DNA of 64,000 bases, taken from sequence record SRR31156797_6573. The stretch is one strand, 5' to 3'. The notes beneath the pieces are model-generated. The model searched no databases. It was given only the letters and a program-made list of their open reading frames with translations, and was not told where the DNA came from. Within the stretch, counting starts at the first letter, position 1. Each line of letters begins with the position of its first letter. Positions 1 through 9,004 of the stretch are shown here, in pieces. The position numbers and the translations under genes were made by a program.

Positions 1-2
1 AG

Positions 3-605
3 AATAATCCTGAAGGGGTTATCGTTAACGTCGGCTGTGGGTTAGACGCTAGGTTTGAGCGTATCACTAATAAAATGAAATGGCCTAAAACGGCTGTTTT
101 ATACAATTTTGACCTCCCTGAGGTGATAGCTCTAAGGAAACGGTTGCTAGGTGAAAAGGAATGTACCCGTAATTTAGAAGGCTCACTTTTCGATAATGAC
201 TGGTTGCAAAGTATTCGACAAAATCATGGTGATACGGCGATATTGTTTGTAATCGAAGGGGTGCTCATGTACTTCAATAATGACGATGTTGAAAAAGCGA
301 TCGTACAGATGGTGAACTCTTTTTCAAATTGTCAGATCGCATTTGATAGTTCAAGCAGCTTTATGTGTAAAACGTCAAACCGTCACGATGCTCTAAAACA
401 CACGAATGCAAGGTTTAAACTATGTTTGGACGACCCTAAAGACGTTGAGAATTGGCACCCTGCAATTCGCCTAAAATCAATAAAGCATTACAGTGATTTT
501 GAACGTTGGAGAGATGCAGGCTGGTTTAATTATTGGTCGCTCCGCTTATTACCTATGCTAAAGAATGCTTCATGTTTGCTTCATTTAAAGTCTGGTCGTA
601 ATTGA
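3..605 (+). CDS. Class I SAM-dependent methyltransferase, LCM/TcmP-like (5'-truncated by window edge)
   Basis: Frame is open from base 3 (NNPEGVIVNVGCGLDARFER) into the listed ORF; GCGLD motif I, NFDLPEVI and IEGVLMYF motifs typical of this family. Confidence 0.85.
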   Translation, partial: NNPEGVIVNVGCGLDARFERITNKMKWPKTAVLYNFDLPEVIALRKRLLGEKECTRNLEGSLFDNDWLQSIRQNHGDTAILFVIEGVLMYFNNDDVEKAIVQMVNSFSNCQIAFDSSSSFMCKTSNRHDALKHTNARFKLCLDDPKDVENWHPAIRLKSIKHYSDFERWRDAGWFNYWSLRLLPMLKNASCLLHLKSGRN

Positions 606-931
606 AACTCGTTATTCCAATAGTCGATCGTTGTTTTGAGGCCTGGGATGACAAACAATTGAAACAGATGCTCGAACATTCACAGCGATTGCAGGTTTGG
701 TTAGACGATAATCGAGATAGTTAGTGGGTATGTTTTTAACTCGGCTATATCCAATGATGTGTCAGCTCAGCTTTGGCTGACACGATTCTGCTCCTAAATG
801 TGTTTTGAACACAGTAGACCATCATAAGAATAATTTGTTTAAAGGCTGTTGCCTAAATTCCACTGCCCAATAGCGTTTAAGACAATGTAGAATGAAGCCT
901 TTTTAAAGGTGTTAAATAGGAAGTTTGCTTC

Positions 932-1249
932 ATGCGTAAATCAGATAAGAAGGTCGAGAACCTAATTAGAGAGGTGTTGACCGAAGTTTGTGAAGATACG
1001 TTAAAAGGCTACGATGGTTTTCTTTGGGTGACTCATAGGGTCAAATTCTCTTCTTTTCCACAAAGCTTAGAAATAGTCTGCGTATTTGAAACGAATCAAG
1101 ACAGAGCAATTTTTTTCGCGGGGGAAGGCCGCCAGCACGTCTCAACAACAATCCAAAAGGCGTTTAATAAGGTAGGGGTGCAACTAAAGAACGTAAGTAA
1201 GCAAATCAGTTACGAAACACAGCAAAAGCGTGCGTGCAGTCATCAATGA
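932..1249 (+). CDS. Conserved Vibrio small protein (often auto-annotated 'Fis family transcriptional regulator')
   Basis: MRKSDKKVENLIREVLTEVCE...GFLWVTH N-terminus recalled from Vibrionaceae; no clear Fis HTH visible. Confidence 0.6.
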   Translation: MRKSDKKVENLIREVLTEVCEDTLKGYDGFLWVTHRVKFSSFPQSLEIVCVFETNQDRAIFFAGEGRQHVSTTIQKAFNKVGVQLKNVSKQISYETQQKRACSHQ

Positions 1250-1526
1250 AAGTGAATTAGTGTTGCAGTGAGTATCTAAGACTTTAATCTACGAGTTTTG
1301 ATATAACTACTTTCTTAGTCAAGACGACTAATTCATGCTCACTTAAATCCAAGGCGATGCCTGAGTTTCTTTCACAAACTCATTTTTGCCCCTTTTCTTG
1401 CTAGAACTATCGCCTCCCTTAAACGCACAGGTCATCTTTTTGCTTAATCAATCTAATACCACTAGTATGAAATGAAGTGTCTATCTGTCTGGCAGATCTT
1501 CATTTATTTAACTATATGGAGTCAAT

Positions 1527-2069
1527 ATGAGTGATTGGGATTTTCTACATGATATGCATAATGAGGGGTATAATGCGGCTCAAATAGCAGATGCCGCTGC
1601 TTGTGGATATAACCCGTATGAAGTTGATCTATCAGATTTCGGCTTTTCTCCTGACGAATGGGAAGCGATTGATCACAATAATCAAAATGCTGCTCATATT
1701 GAGGCCCATCCTGAACTTGAAGTGATTTTTGAGAATTTGGTTACTAATGCAGAGTCTTTCTATAAATTGACAAATCGCTACTTACAGATTTGGGGAGAAC
1801 TGGGTGAGCTATTTGCCGAAATAGAATACGGAATAAAGCGGCATAAACCACATACTCAAGGCTCAGACGGCAAGCTTGGCAATGACTTTATTGAGATAAA
1901 AACTATCTCTCCAGAAAAAAATAAAGAACAAGTAAAAGTGAAACGTGCTGGGAATTTTAACAAGCTTTTAATTGTAAAAATATCCGAGGACTTTACTTTT
2001 CAGGGGAAATTGATTGCCCGAAAAGATTTACGGAAAGGCGAAGGAAAGCATGCAAAAGCATCATGGTAA
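1527..2069 (+). CDS. Hypothetical protein with PD-(D/E)xK-like nuclease motifs (DUF6998-like)
   Basis: GELGELFA...GSDG...IEIKT pattern; GGAG RBS upstream. Confidence 0.6.
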   Translation: MSDWDFLHDMHNEGYNAAQIADAAACGYNPYEVDLSDFGFSPDEWEAIDHNNQNAAHIEAHPELEVIFENLVTNAESFYKLTNRYLQIWGELGELFAEIEYGIKRHKPHTQGSDGKLGNDFIEIKTISPEKNKEQVKVKRAGNFNKLLIVKISEDFTFQGKLIARKDLRKGEGKHAKASW

Positions 2070-2291
2070 AGTGACAGTAATCATCAATGGTTAAAATATC
2101 TAACAAACGTAAATAAATCCCAAGCTTGCAAGGTTTTGCCTAGAACTTGTACGGCAGCCCCATTCTTTGTTAGCCACGGGGCAAAGAAGAGCTATGGACT
2201 GAATAGACAACTCTCTCTTAAACTATTTCTCTAGCGTACCTATCTACACTGTATATAACTTACGTTGATTGTGTTTAAGTAAGGCCTTCTA

Positions 2292-3731
2292 CTACTCTTT
2301 GTCCCTTAAGGATATAATCTCCATGATTATGTCAATTACGTTATTAGCATTAAATTTTTCAGTCCCTAATTTTCTGTATAGCTCTTTCATTCTCAACGAC
2401 AAGTCTGTTCTTTTTTGGATCTCAGAGTTTAACTCAGTCCAAAGCTCTTCAGCCATGTAACCTGTGGAGCCAACCGGAAGCAGAAGAAGTCCTTGCTTTT
2501 TTGCTATCTCATATTCTTCACGCATGCCGTTAGATAAAATAATCTCGTTTTCAGCTTGTTTGTTACCGAATAAAAATAAGGCAATGCCCGCATAATTAAT
2601 CATATCTTCTCGATACTTTGTCCATAAAGAGCTTAAAGGTTGTTCTCCTTCTGTGGATTGAGGAAAAGGCCGTAATACAAGATGGTCCTCAATTTTTGCC
2701 AATTTGTTATTAAAGGTTTCCTCAAGCACGCTAGAAATAACAGTACTACCAATTCCAACACCAAATCCAGAAACAATGCGTAAATTATTCTTCACTAGCA
2801 TTTTACTTAGATCATAGACAAACCTTAATGCTTCTTTTTCTTCTAAATCTCCATACTCGCAAGCAGCTCCAGAAATGAATATAGTTCTTGACTTGTATTT
2901 TATTTCTAGTTTTATAAGCAGATCCGTAATTTCTTGGTATTCATCAACAAGAATTGTCTTTATATTGAATCGCTCTAAATCCTTGATGAAAAAATTTTGT
3001 TTTCTTTTCCTGTATTCAAAGTCAGCTTCTTCCTCATTTTTGTCTTTCTTTATGTTTCTAATGAAACAATAATGTCTTCTTTGATTGTTTTCGTAAGCAA
3101 CTCTAACTCGACTAAGAATATAATCCAAGTTTGGATCGGTGAAGCTAAAACCTATGAATATAAATGTTTTAGAAATTAGATCACTTTTAAGATTGGCCAA
3201 ATACTGGTCCATCTTTACATGATAGCGTTCATAGTCATCTTTTGTTAATACAGCTTGGCTTGCATGTTCGACATCACCATGCATCTTATATACAACAGCA
3301 TCACGCTTTGGCTTTGTTGTTGATAAATGATCATTAGTGTGCTTCACATCAGAAACTTTTCCTGACTTTTCAAGCGAATTTTCGATTATTTTATCGTAAT
3401 TGGTTGTCCAGTAAGTTCGTATTGGTAATCGGCATAAAATTCGGTGATTTTCTGTTTCTATTGATTTACGTGAAAACTCATCTATCAGTCTTTGATTTAA
3501 TTGGCTTCTATTGTTAGCGTTATCGTTGCAATGATATTGAGCAAGAGCAACGAGATCATTCTCTTTATCAACATCTAAACCTAGCTCTTCGGCTATAGGA
3601 CGAAGAAGCTCTGCCCAATTAACAAAACCTGAACCAGCTGACATTCCAGCTCCAGCAAAAACTGCGACATTCTCTTCAGCTAGTTCTTTTTCCAAATCTC
3701 TTAGAAATGCCTTTTTCCGTAAGTCCATCAT
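2292..3731 (-). CDS. thsA: Thoeris ThsA effector: SIR2 NADase + SLOG/STALD domain
   Basis: VFAGAGMS, TTNYD, KMHGD, FIGFSFTDPN SIR2 motifs; C-terminal IFISG, IVSGFGVGIG, LRPFPQ, YREDMI, PVGSTG SLOG motifs; closely resembles B. cereus ThsA as recalled. Confidence 0.93.
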   Translation of the reverse strand: MMDLRKKAFLRDLEKELAEENVAVFAGAGMSAGSGFVNWAELLRPIAEELGLDVDKENDLVALAQYHCNDNANNRSQLNQRLIDEFSRKSIETENHRILCRLPIRTYWTTNYDKIIENSLEKSGKVSDVKHTNDHLSTTKPKRDAVVYKMHGDVEHASQAVLTKDDYERYHVKMDQYLANLKSDLISKTFIFIGFSFTDPNLDYILSRVRVAYENNQRRHYCFIRNIKKDKNEEEADFEYRKRKQNFFIKDLERFNIKTILVDEYQEITDLLIKLEIKYKSRTIFISGAACEYGDLEEKEALRFVYDLSKMLVKNNLRIVSGFGVGIGSTVISSVLEETFNNKLAKIEDHLVLRPFPQSTEGEQPLSSLWTKYREDMINYAGIALFLFGNKQAENEIILSNGMREEYEIAKKQGLLLLPVGSTGYMAEELWTELNSEIQKRTDLSLRMKELYRKLGTEKFNANNVIDIIMEIISLRDKE

Positions 3732-3790
3732 AAATATTCCATTTCACATTAATCTTAGAGTAGTTATTTATACAAAATAACAACCAAAAT

Positions 3791-4453
3791 TTAATAAAGC
3801 TCTCCAGTTCCTTGGTCCACTCTTTTATAAAAGTCAGAAAACTGACATGGGTCAGAAATAATAATATTTTTATCACTGTGAAATTTAATATCTATTTCTT
3901 CTATTATATTTTTAGCGGATTTTGATTTATCTAAAGAGATTTTTTTATAGTTTCTAATTCGATTATACCCTATTGATCCTAAATCTACTTCAATTGCCTT
4001 ATCACCGAAATAATAAAAGTGTTCTGAAATCAACACTTGGTTCGCTTTTGTATCACGATATAGATTGGTCATATTAAATGAACCATCAGGATTGCTATGA
4101 TGAGAGTCTTCTTGAACCCATTCACCATTTTTATCTTTATGATATATGTTATCACCTAAGACCTGAACACGACTCCCATTTCTTGCTGGTTTTTTTATAG
4201 AAAACCTATGATCATCCCAATAATCATCAAAGCTCATTTTTTCAGTAACTTTCATTAATAGAATACACTTCTTTTTCGCGTTCTTTAAGTTTGCTCCACC
4301 AACTCCTAATATCCAGTCGCCTATCTTAGCAGTGTTTCTAATGCCTGGTTTACATGTTGCTAAGGTACAAAAACCATGGAATGGGTTAGGGGCGAAACCA
4401 AAATCTCGCGTTATTGCATAAGCATAAAGATTAGATCTAGGTTCAATTAGCAT
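3791..4453 (-). CDS. Nmad2 (nucleotide-modification-associated domain 2) protein
   Basis: YAITRDFGFAPNPFHGFCTLATCKPGIR...GDWILG, GDNIY, VLISEHFYYFG signature. Confidence 0.8.
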   Translation of the reverse strand: MLIEPRSNLYAYAITRDFGFAPNPFHGFCTLATCKPGIRNTAKIGDWILGVGGANLKNAKKKCILLMKVTEKMSFDDYWDDHRFSIKKPARNGSRVQVLGDNIYHKDKNGEWVQEDSHHSNPDGSFNMTNLYRDTKANQVLISEHFYYFGDKAIEVDLGSIGYNRIRNYKKISLDKSKSAKNIIEEIDIKFHSDKNIIISDPCQFSDFYKRVDQGTGELY

Positions 4454-4938
4454 ACAACATTACCCCCTTGTACATTATCACGCTCTGTACCATCGGGTTC
4501 TTGAAAGCTAATTTTTCCTTCTAATGCGTTTATAATAGACTCGCTTCTCCAAGAAACGATAGATGTTGCATATTTTTCGAGGTTTTCTGGTAGTGTTACA
4601 TTTCCTGTTAAGCCATTTTCGTACACACCAATGATAGGTTTTCCAAGTTGATGAGCAGCTTGAATTTCCCAGTTTACCCACGGTCTAGTATGTGTTTCTT
4701 TCCCTATAACAACGATTACCTGACTTGCCCACCTCATTTTCATTCTAAGCAAGCGAGCTATAGTCCTATCACTAACCTTTTTTTCTTCAACACGTCTCTC
4801 GTTTTCAGGTTTCATTCTTACAGAACTATTTCGTAACTGGTAACCTTTTCCTGCTGCTAGACGTGATATTCCATCGACACTAGCATCATCTTTGTGATGA
4901 TGGCTCACAAAAACATTTTTCTTGACTTCTTTAACCAT
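4447..4938 (-). CDS. thsB: TIR-domain protein, ThsB/DUF1863-like
   Basis: VFVSHHHKD, VIVVIGKETHTRPWVNWEI (catalytic Glu), KPIIGV. Confidence 0.87.
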   Translation of the reverse strand: MVKEVKKNVFVSHHHKDDASVDGISRLAAGKGYQLRNSSVRMKPENERRVEEKKVSDRTIARLLRMKMRWASQVIVVIGKETHTRPWVNWEIQAAHQLGKPIIGVYENGLTGNVTLPENLEKYATSIVSWRSESIINALEGKISFQEPDGTERDNVQGGNVVC

Positions 4939-4968
4939 TAGACAACCCTTATTGGTTATTTATATTCA

Positions 4969-5994
4969 TTAAAATAATTTTAAATTATTATCGTGGTAAT
5001 AATATTTTTGCTTTGGTCTCTTATTATTAAACTTAGTTCGACATCTTTTATCGATCTCACATGCACCGCTATTTTCCATGTCCATTAATGTATATGTTCT
5101 TTCTTCTTTAGGTAGGAAGTGAAATATTTCATCCATATCCCATTTTTCTTTATACTCTTCTGATATTTTATTTTGATTTAAAGTAAACCAGAAAAGACAT
5201 TCTTCGCTATTCATTCCGTCTCTGTCGGAAAATATCCAATTTATTCCCCTTTCACATCCTGGACCTGATACGACAAAATTCATCTCTGTAAAAGGAAATT
5301 CATTTATATATGTTAAGTCTACGAAAATTTGGTAGGCGAGAAAATTACCAATTCCTGAAAATGACTTTAGGTGATTAAATACTTCTAGTTGGTTTGCAGA
5401 GATATTTACGCCATTTATTATTTTATCTTGGTTGTAAAACACAAATTTTATCATCCTTAAAATCATGTTTTTTTCAGTTTTACCTTCTATTTCCTCTAGA
5501 AATTTACCAAAGTTAACTTTGGGTCCTCCAAGTATGTAGGCTGCACTGAAAAAAACATAGTTTGGATTTTTTAAATATATATTATTGAGCTGTTCTTTGA
5601 TTGTTTCATTAATGTATTTAATGTTCATTTTTGAAAAATCAAATGGTGCATTGATTTCTCTTAAAGTATCACTTTTGTTTATAACTCGAAATAAAAATGA
5701 GTTAAGTATTTTGTTATCATAGCTTACTGAATGGTTGTTGATGATATTTTTTAACAACCATTTCGTTTCTCTATCCCAAGTTCTTTTTGTATTTACAAAT
5801 TTGTAATTCTTCAATATTTCATCATCTGTCCAATAAGGAGGAAGACAAAGTATTTCTTTTTTGTAATAGATTGATGTTCTCTCCCTTTGATGATAAAACC
5901 ATTCTCGAATAACACTATCATTTAAAACTGGTTTAGAGTTTTTTATCTTCCCTTCTCTTACATTACAAAAGAGCTGATCATTTTTAATATCCAC
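4969..5994 (-). CDS. 5-hmdU DNA kinase-like helical protein (aGPT-Pplase1 family)
   Basis: ERTSIYYKK...PPYWTDDEILKNYKFVNTKRTWDRET, LFRVINK, HhH-like GIGNFLAYQIFVDL, VVSGPGCERGI, MENSGACEIDK. Confidence 0.75.
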   Translation of the reverse strand: MDIKNDQLFCNVREGKIKNSKPVLNDSVIREWFYHQRERTSIYYKKEILCLPPYWTDDEILKNYKFVNTKRTWDRETKWLLKNIINNHSVSYDNKILNSFLFRVINKSDTLREINAPFDFSKMNIKYINETIKEQLNNIYLKNPNYVFFSAAYILGGPKVNFGKFLEEIEGKTEKNMILRMIKFVFYNQDKIINGVNISANQLEVFNHLKSFSGIGNFLAYQIFVDLTYINEFPFTEMNFVVSGPGCERGINWIFSDRDGMNSEECLFWFTLNQNKISEEYKEKWDMDEIFHFLPKEERTYTLMDMENSGACEIDKRCRTKFNNKRPKQKYYYHDNNLKLF

Positions 5995-6541
5995 TAGAGA
6001 ACACCTCTTCTATGAAGGTTTTAAAATCCCCCATTCCATCTTCATTATTTATAAACTGATAGTCCGATTTTGATTTATTCAAATTTATATATTTGTCAAT
6101 TTCATACTTTTCATAGTTATTGTTACTTCTTTCTATGTAAATCACTATGAATCCATTATTCTTACACCATATAAACTCTTCGTTAGATCTTATATCAGTA
6201 ATGATTACATTTTGATTTTCTTTGTTACTTTCCTCTAAGTTAATTAATTCATCTGATAGCATTCTGATGAATATTCTATCTTCTATTTCTCTGAGTTTAT
6301 TCAGATGTAGCCAAATGTCTCTTGGGGTGTGTTTGATTGACTCACCAGTGGACAATGTAATGTTTATTGGCAACGTTTTTTCTTCGGGGAAATAGTCCTT
6401 TTCCATCCATGGGTAAATGTGATTTGCTAGTTTTTTCAATTGATCACTGAAAGATAATCTAATGAAGTTATGTTCACCTATTAAATATCTAGCTAGAAAA
6501 TCTTTACCACTTCCGGACACACCCATGAATGCAATTTTCAT
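5984..6541 (-). CDS. P-loop deoxynucleoside monophosphate kinase-like protein (T4 gp1-like)
   Basis: IAFMGVSGSGKDF Walker A, LSFSDQLK, VIITDIRSNEE. Confidence 0.8.
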   Translation of the reverse strand: MKIAFMGVSGSGKDFLARYLIGEHNFIRLSFSDQLKKLANHIYPWMEKDYFPEEKTLPINITLSTGESIKHTPRDIWLHLNKLREIEDRIFIRMLSDELINLEESNKENQNVIITDIRSNEEFIWCKNNGFIVIYIERSNNNYEKYEIDKYINLNKSKSDYQFINNEDGMGDFKTFIEEVFSSGY

Positions 6542-7620
6542 ATATTTTCCTTATTGGTTTTATTGAAGTAATTTGAACTTATACTGAGATTAAAGTCATC
6601 ACTGAACTCATTTTTTATAACAATGGGTTGATTGAATTTTTCTTGATGTATATATGATAGAACTGCTTCTGCGTATCCCCAAAGCAAGTTTTTTTCTTTC
6701 TCTACGCAATATTTGTCAAAAAGACCTTCTAAAATATTAACTTTTTCCGGCATCCTTTCTTTATTATAGTTTTCGGTAATCAGAGTATTAAAAAACTCAA
6801 CTATATCAATGAATAATGATTTTATTTTAGGTAGTGAGTTGGGGAATTTTATTTCGTCATTGTTTAGTATCTTGGTTAGTTGATCTCCCTTGTTATTATA
6901 TATTTCTTTGGCTTGTTCTATTCTTTTTTTATATATATGTAGATTTGTTACTGATTGATGTAAATATCCAACTTCAATTTCACTATCTACTTCGTTTTGC
7001 AAAACTGATACTACTATTTCTTGAAGTAAACTAAATTCAAAAATATTAATGTTACTTATACCAAATATAAGATCTCCACTTCTTTGTATGATTTTTATAT
7101 TTAATTTTTTGTCCGGAGTAACGAAGAAATGTATTAAGTTATTGCAAGGAATATCTACGCTGTTTTGTAAGTTATATACATTCTTTAGACTTTCGTCTGT
7201 GTCTCTGTCAGGCATGTATAAACTAAGGACGGCTCGTCGTGTGAAAATGCCATCTTTTTTGAATTGATTTATGACATTCTCTAGTTGCCCATGAGCATAT
7301 AGCCTTTCTCCATAGGCTGCTCGCCAAACTACTCCGTCATCTGAATATTTAGGTGCTCTAGGGAGAAAAAACTTTAGATATGGTTCAATTCGGTTATCAC
7401 CAGCGAGAACCCACATAGCTTCAGCAAAAGTGGAAAAGATATTGTTTTTCCTGCCCAATAGACTTAGATGCCTTGATCTTGGATTATGTAAGATCAAGCT
7501 AGCATCATAGATGGTTAAAGCATCTCCGTTCCTCGTTGATAGGCAGGTACCTTCAGTTAGCACCTTTTCTAGGATTTTCATTATTACATCGTTAATAGTG
7601 TCTCCATAAACGATATGCAT
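6538..7620 (-). CDS. Thymidylate synthase-fold enzyme, probable dUMP hydroxymethylase
   Basis: AYGERL, TRRAV, DIPCNN (catalytic Cys), QRSGDLIFGISNINIFEF, NLHIY; start placed at ATG 7620 (GAGG RBS) although the frame is open to 7743. Confidence 0.82.
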   Translation of the reverse strand: MHIVYGDTINDVIMKILEKVLTEGTCLSTRNGDALTIYDASLILHNPRSRHLSLLGRKNNIFSTFAEAMWVLAGDNRIEPYLKFFLPRAPKYSDDGVVWRAAYGERLYAHGQLENVINQFKKDGIFTRRAVLSLYMPDRDTDESLKNVYNLQNSVDIPCNNLIHFFVTPDKKLNIKIIQRSGDLIFGISNINIFEFSLLQEIVVSVLQNEVDSEIEVGYLHQSVTNLHIYKKRIEQAKEIYNNKGDQLTKILNNDEIKFPNSLPKIKSLFIDIVEFFNTLITENYNKERMPEKVNILEGLFDKYCVEKEKNLLWGYAEAVLSYIHQEKFNQPIVIKNEFSDDFNLSISSNYFNKTNKENI

Positions 7621-8401
7621 AACCGGAACCTCATGCTTATAAGTTGGCATTATTAGATGATAAACTGCTTCAATAGTCTCCGTCGCATGACAATCTGGAT
7701 TAAAGGGGGCACAAATGGCTGGTGTATAAAATGTAACAGCCATTAAGGATCTCTAAGTCATACGATGTTTCCAGCTTATAATCTACTATTATCATATTGT
7801 GCGTTTTGTTAGGAGTGAAGTGATGAATTGCATATTTGTCTACGAGTTATCACAGAAATGCGATGGTATTACTCGGATTGCTCGGCAACGATATAACAGT
7901 TATCAAGACTTAGTGATTATTTATCAAATTACTGCTTTAGTTTTACATTTGACTATTGATACCAGTGTCGGCATTTTTAATAGAGGATAATGGCAAGGCC
8001 TGAGACGTATAGATACTTTTTATGGGAGTTTACCCTACGAGTTAGGCTTATCGGCTTCATTTGTTCAGACATATTTATTTTATCCGTAATTGTCGAGTTT
8101 AATATTTCATTCTCACACCTCCTATCCATCAACATATCAGATTGACTCTGAACACCTAACGCGAATTTGCCTCTTTTCGTGCTGGCAAAAGCAAACCATA
8201 TCGATCTCGTTAGAGTTCTAGTGCTTAAGACATAGCCCATTTTTCGTTTTTCTCGCTCCCACCGTTGATCGTTTTTCGTGATACCTTTATTTGGCGTTCG
8301 CCAGAAGCAGACAAAAACAAAATGGTGTATTTAATTAACCCATATTGGGTTCTAATAAATTGTTATCGAACATGCAGTTTTGTGCTCATCATGGAGGTGA
8401 T

Positions 8402-9004
8402 ATGGCATTATTTAACGAAAGTAATATTAGGGACCGTGCCAAATAAGAGCAACAACGAGCGGCAAATATATATAAGTCAAACAGTAAGATTCTTTCTGAA
8501 TCTTCTTCTGTTTTTAATAAATATAAAATGTATGATGTTTTCTTGTCTCACAGCTAAAGAGACGCTGAGTTAATACTTGGTGTTAAAGCTACACTGGAAG
8601 ATATAGGTTACTCTGTTTATGCCGACTGGGTAGAAGATGATCAATTTGATCGAAGTAATGTCAATGAGACTACAGCTGAATTACTCAGAGAGAGAATGGA
8701 TGCATCTAAGTCATTATTTTATGTCACAACTGAAAATGCGGAAGCTTCAAAGTGGATGCCTTGGGAGTGCGGTTACTTTGACGGTATAAAAGAGAAAATA
8801 GCTATATTGCCTATTACAAAATACTCATATGATAATGATTATAAAGGGCAAGAATACTTAGGTTTGTACCCGTACTACCTAAAGGCAAATGACACAGCAC
8901 AGAAACCGCGCTTGTGGATTCATAAAGATAAAGATCACTATCTCGTATATGAAGCGTGGTTGAAAACTTCGCGCAAAGAGCTTATGTGGAGAAAGGATGG
9001 ATGA
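8402..9004 (+). pseudogene. TIR-domain gene interrupted by two in-frame TAA codons
   Basis: GGAGGT RBS then ATG 8402; reads MALFNESNIRDRAK*...YDVFLSHS*RDAELILGVKATLEDIGYSVYADW...SKWMPWECGY; TAA at 8444-8446 and 8555-8557; same frame as ORF 8696-9004. Confidence 0.85.

Noticed and set aside
645-760. VCR-like remnant after the methyltransferase gene
   Set aside because: Only a faint ACAAACAATT resemblance; no TAAC core or pairing arms
2292-7743. Prophage remnant explanation for the phage-like nucleotide genes
   Set aside because: No structural, replication, integrase or lysis genes; the enzymes are directly coupled to TIR and thsA
7977-8240. 87-aa minus-strand ORF as first gene of the defence operon
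   Set aside because: No motif, runs across attC-like remnants, and is separated from the operon by over 230 bp
8265-8573. 102-aa ORF in the track
   Set aside because: Off-frame shadow of the interrupted TIR gene starting at 8402; TTG start and no recognisable motif
8696-9004. Stand-alone 102-aa protein
   Set aside because: It is the 3' part of the TIR pseudogene and lacks the first beta-strand (FLSHS)
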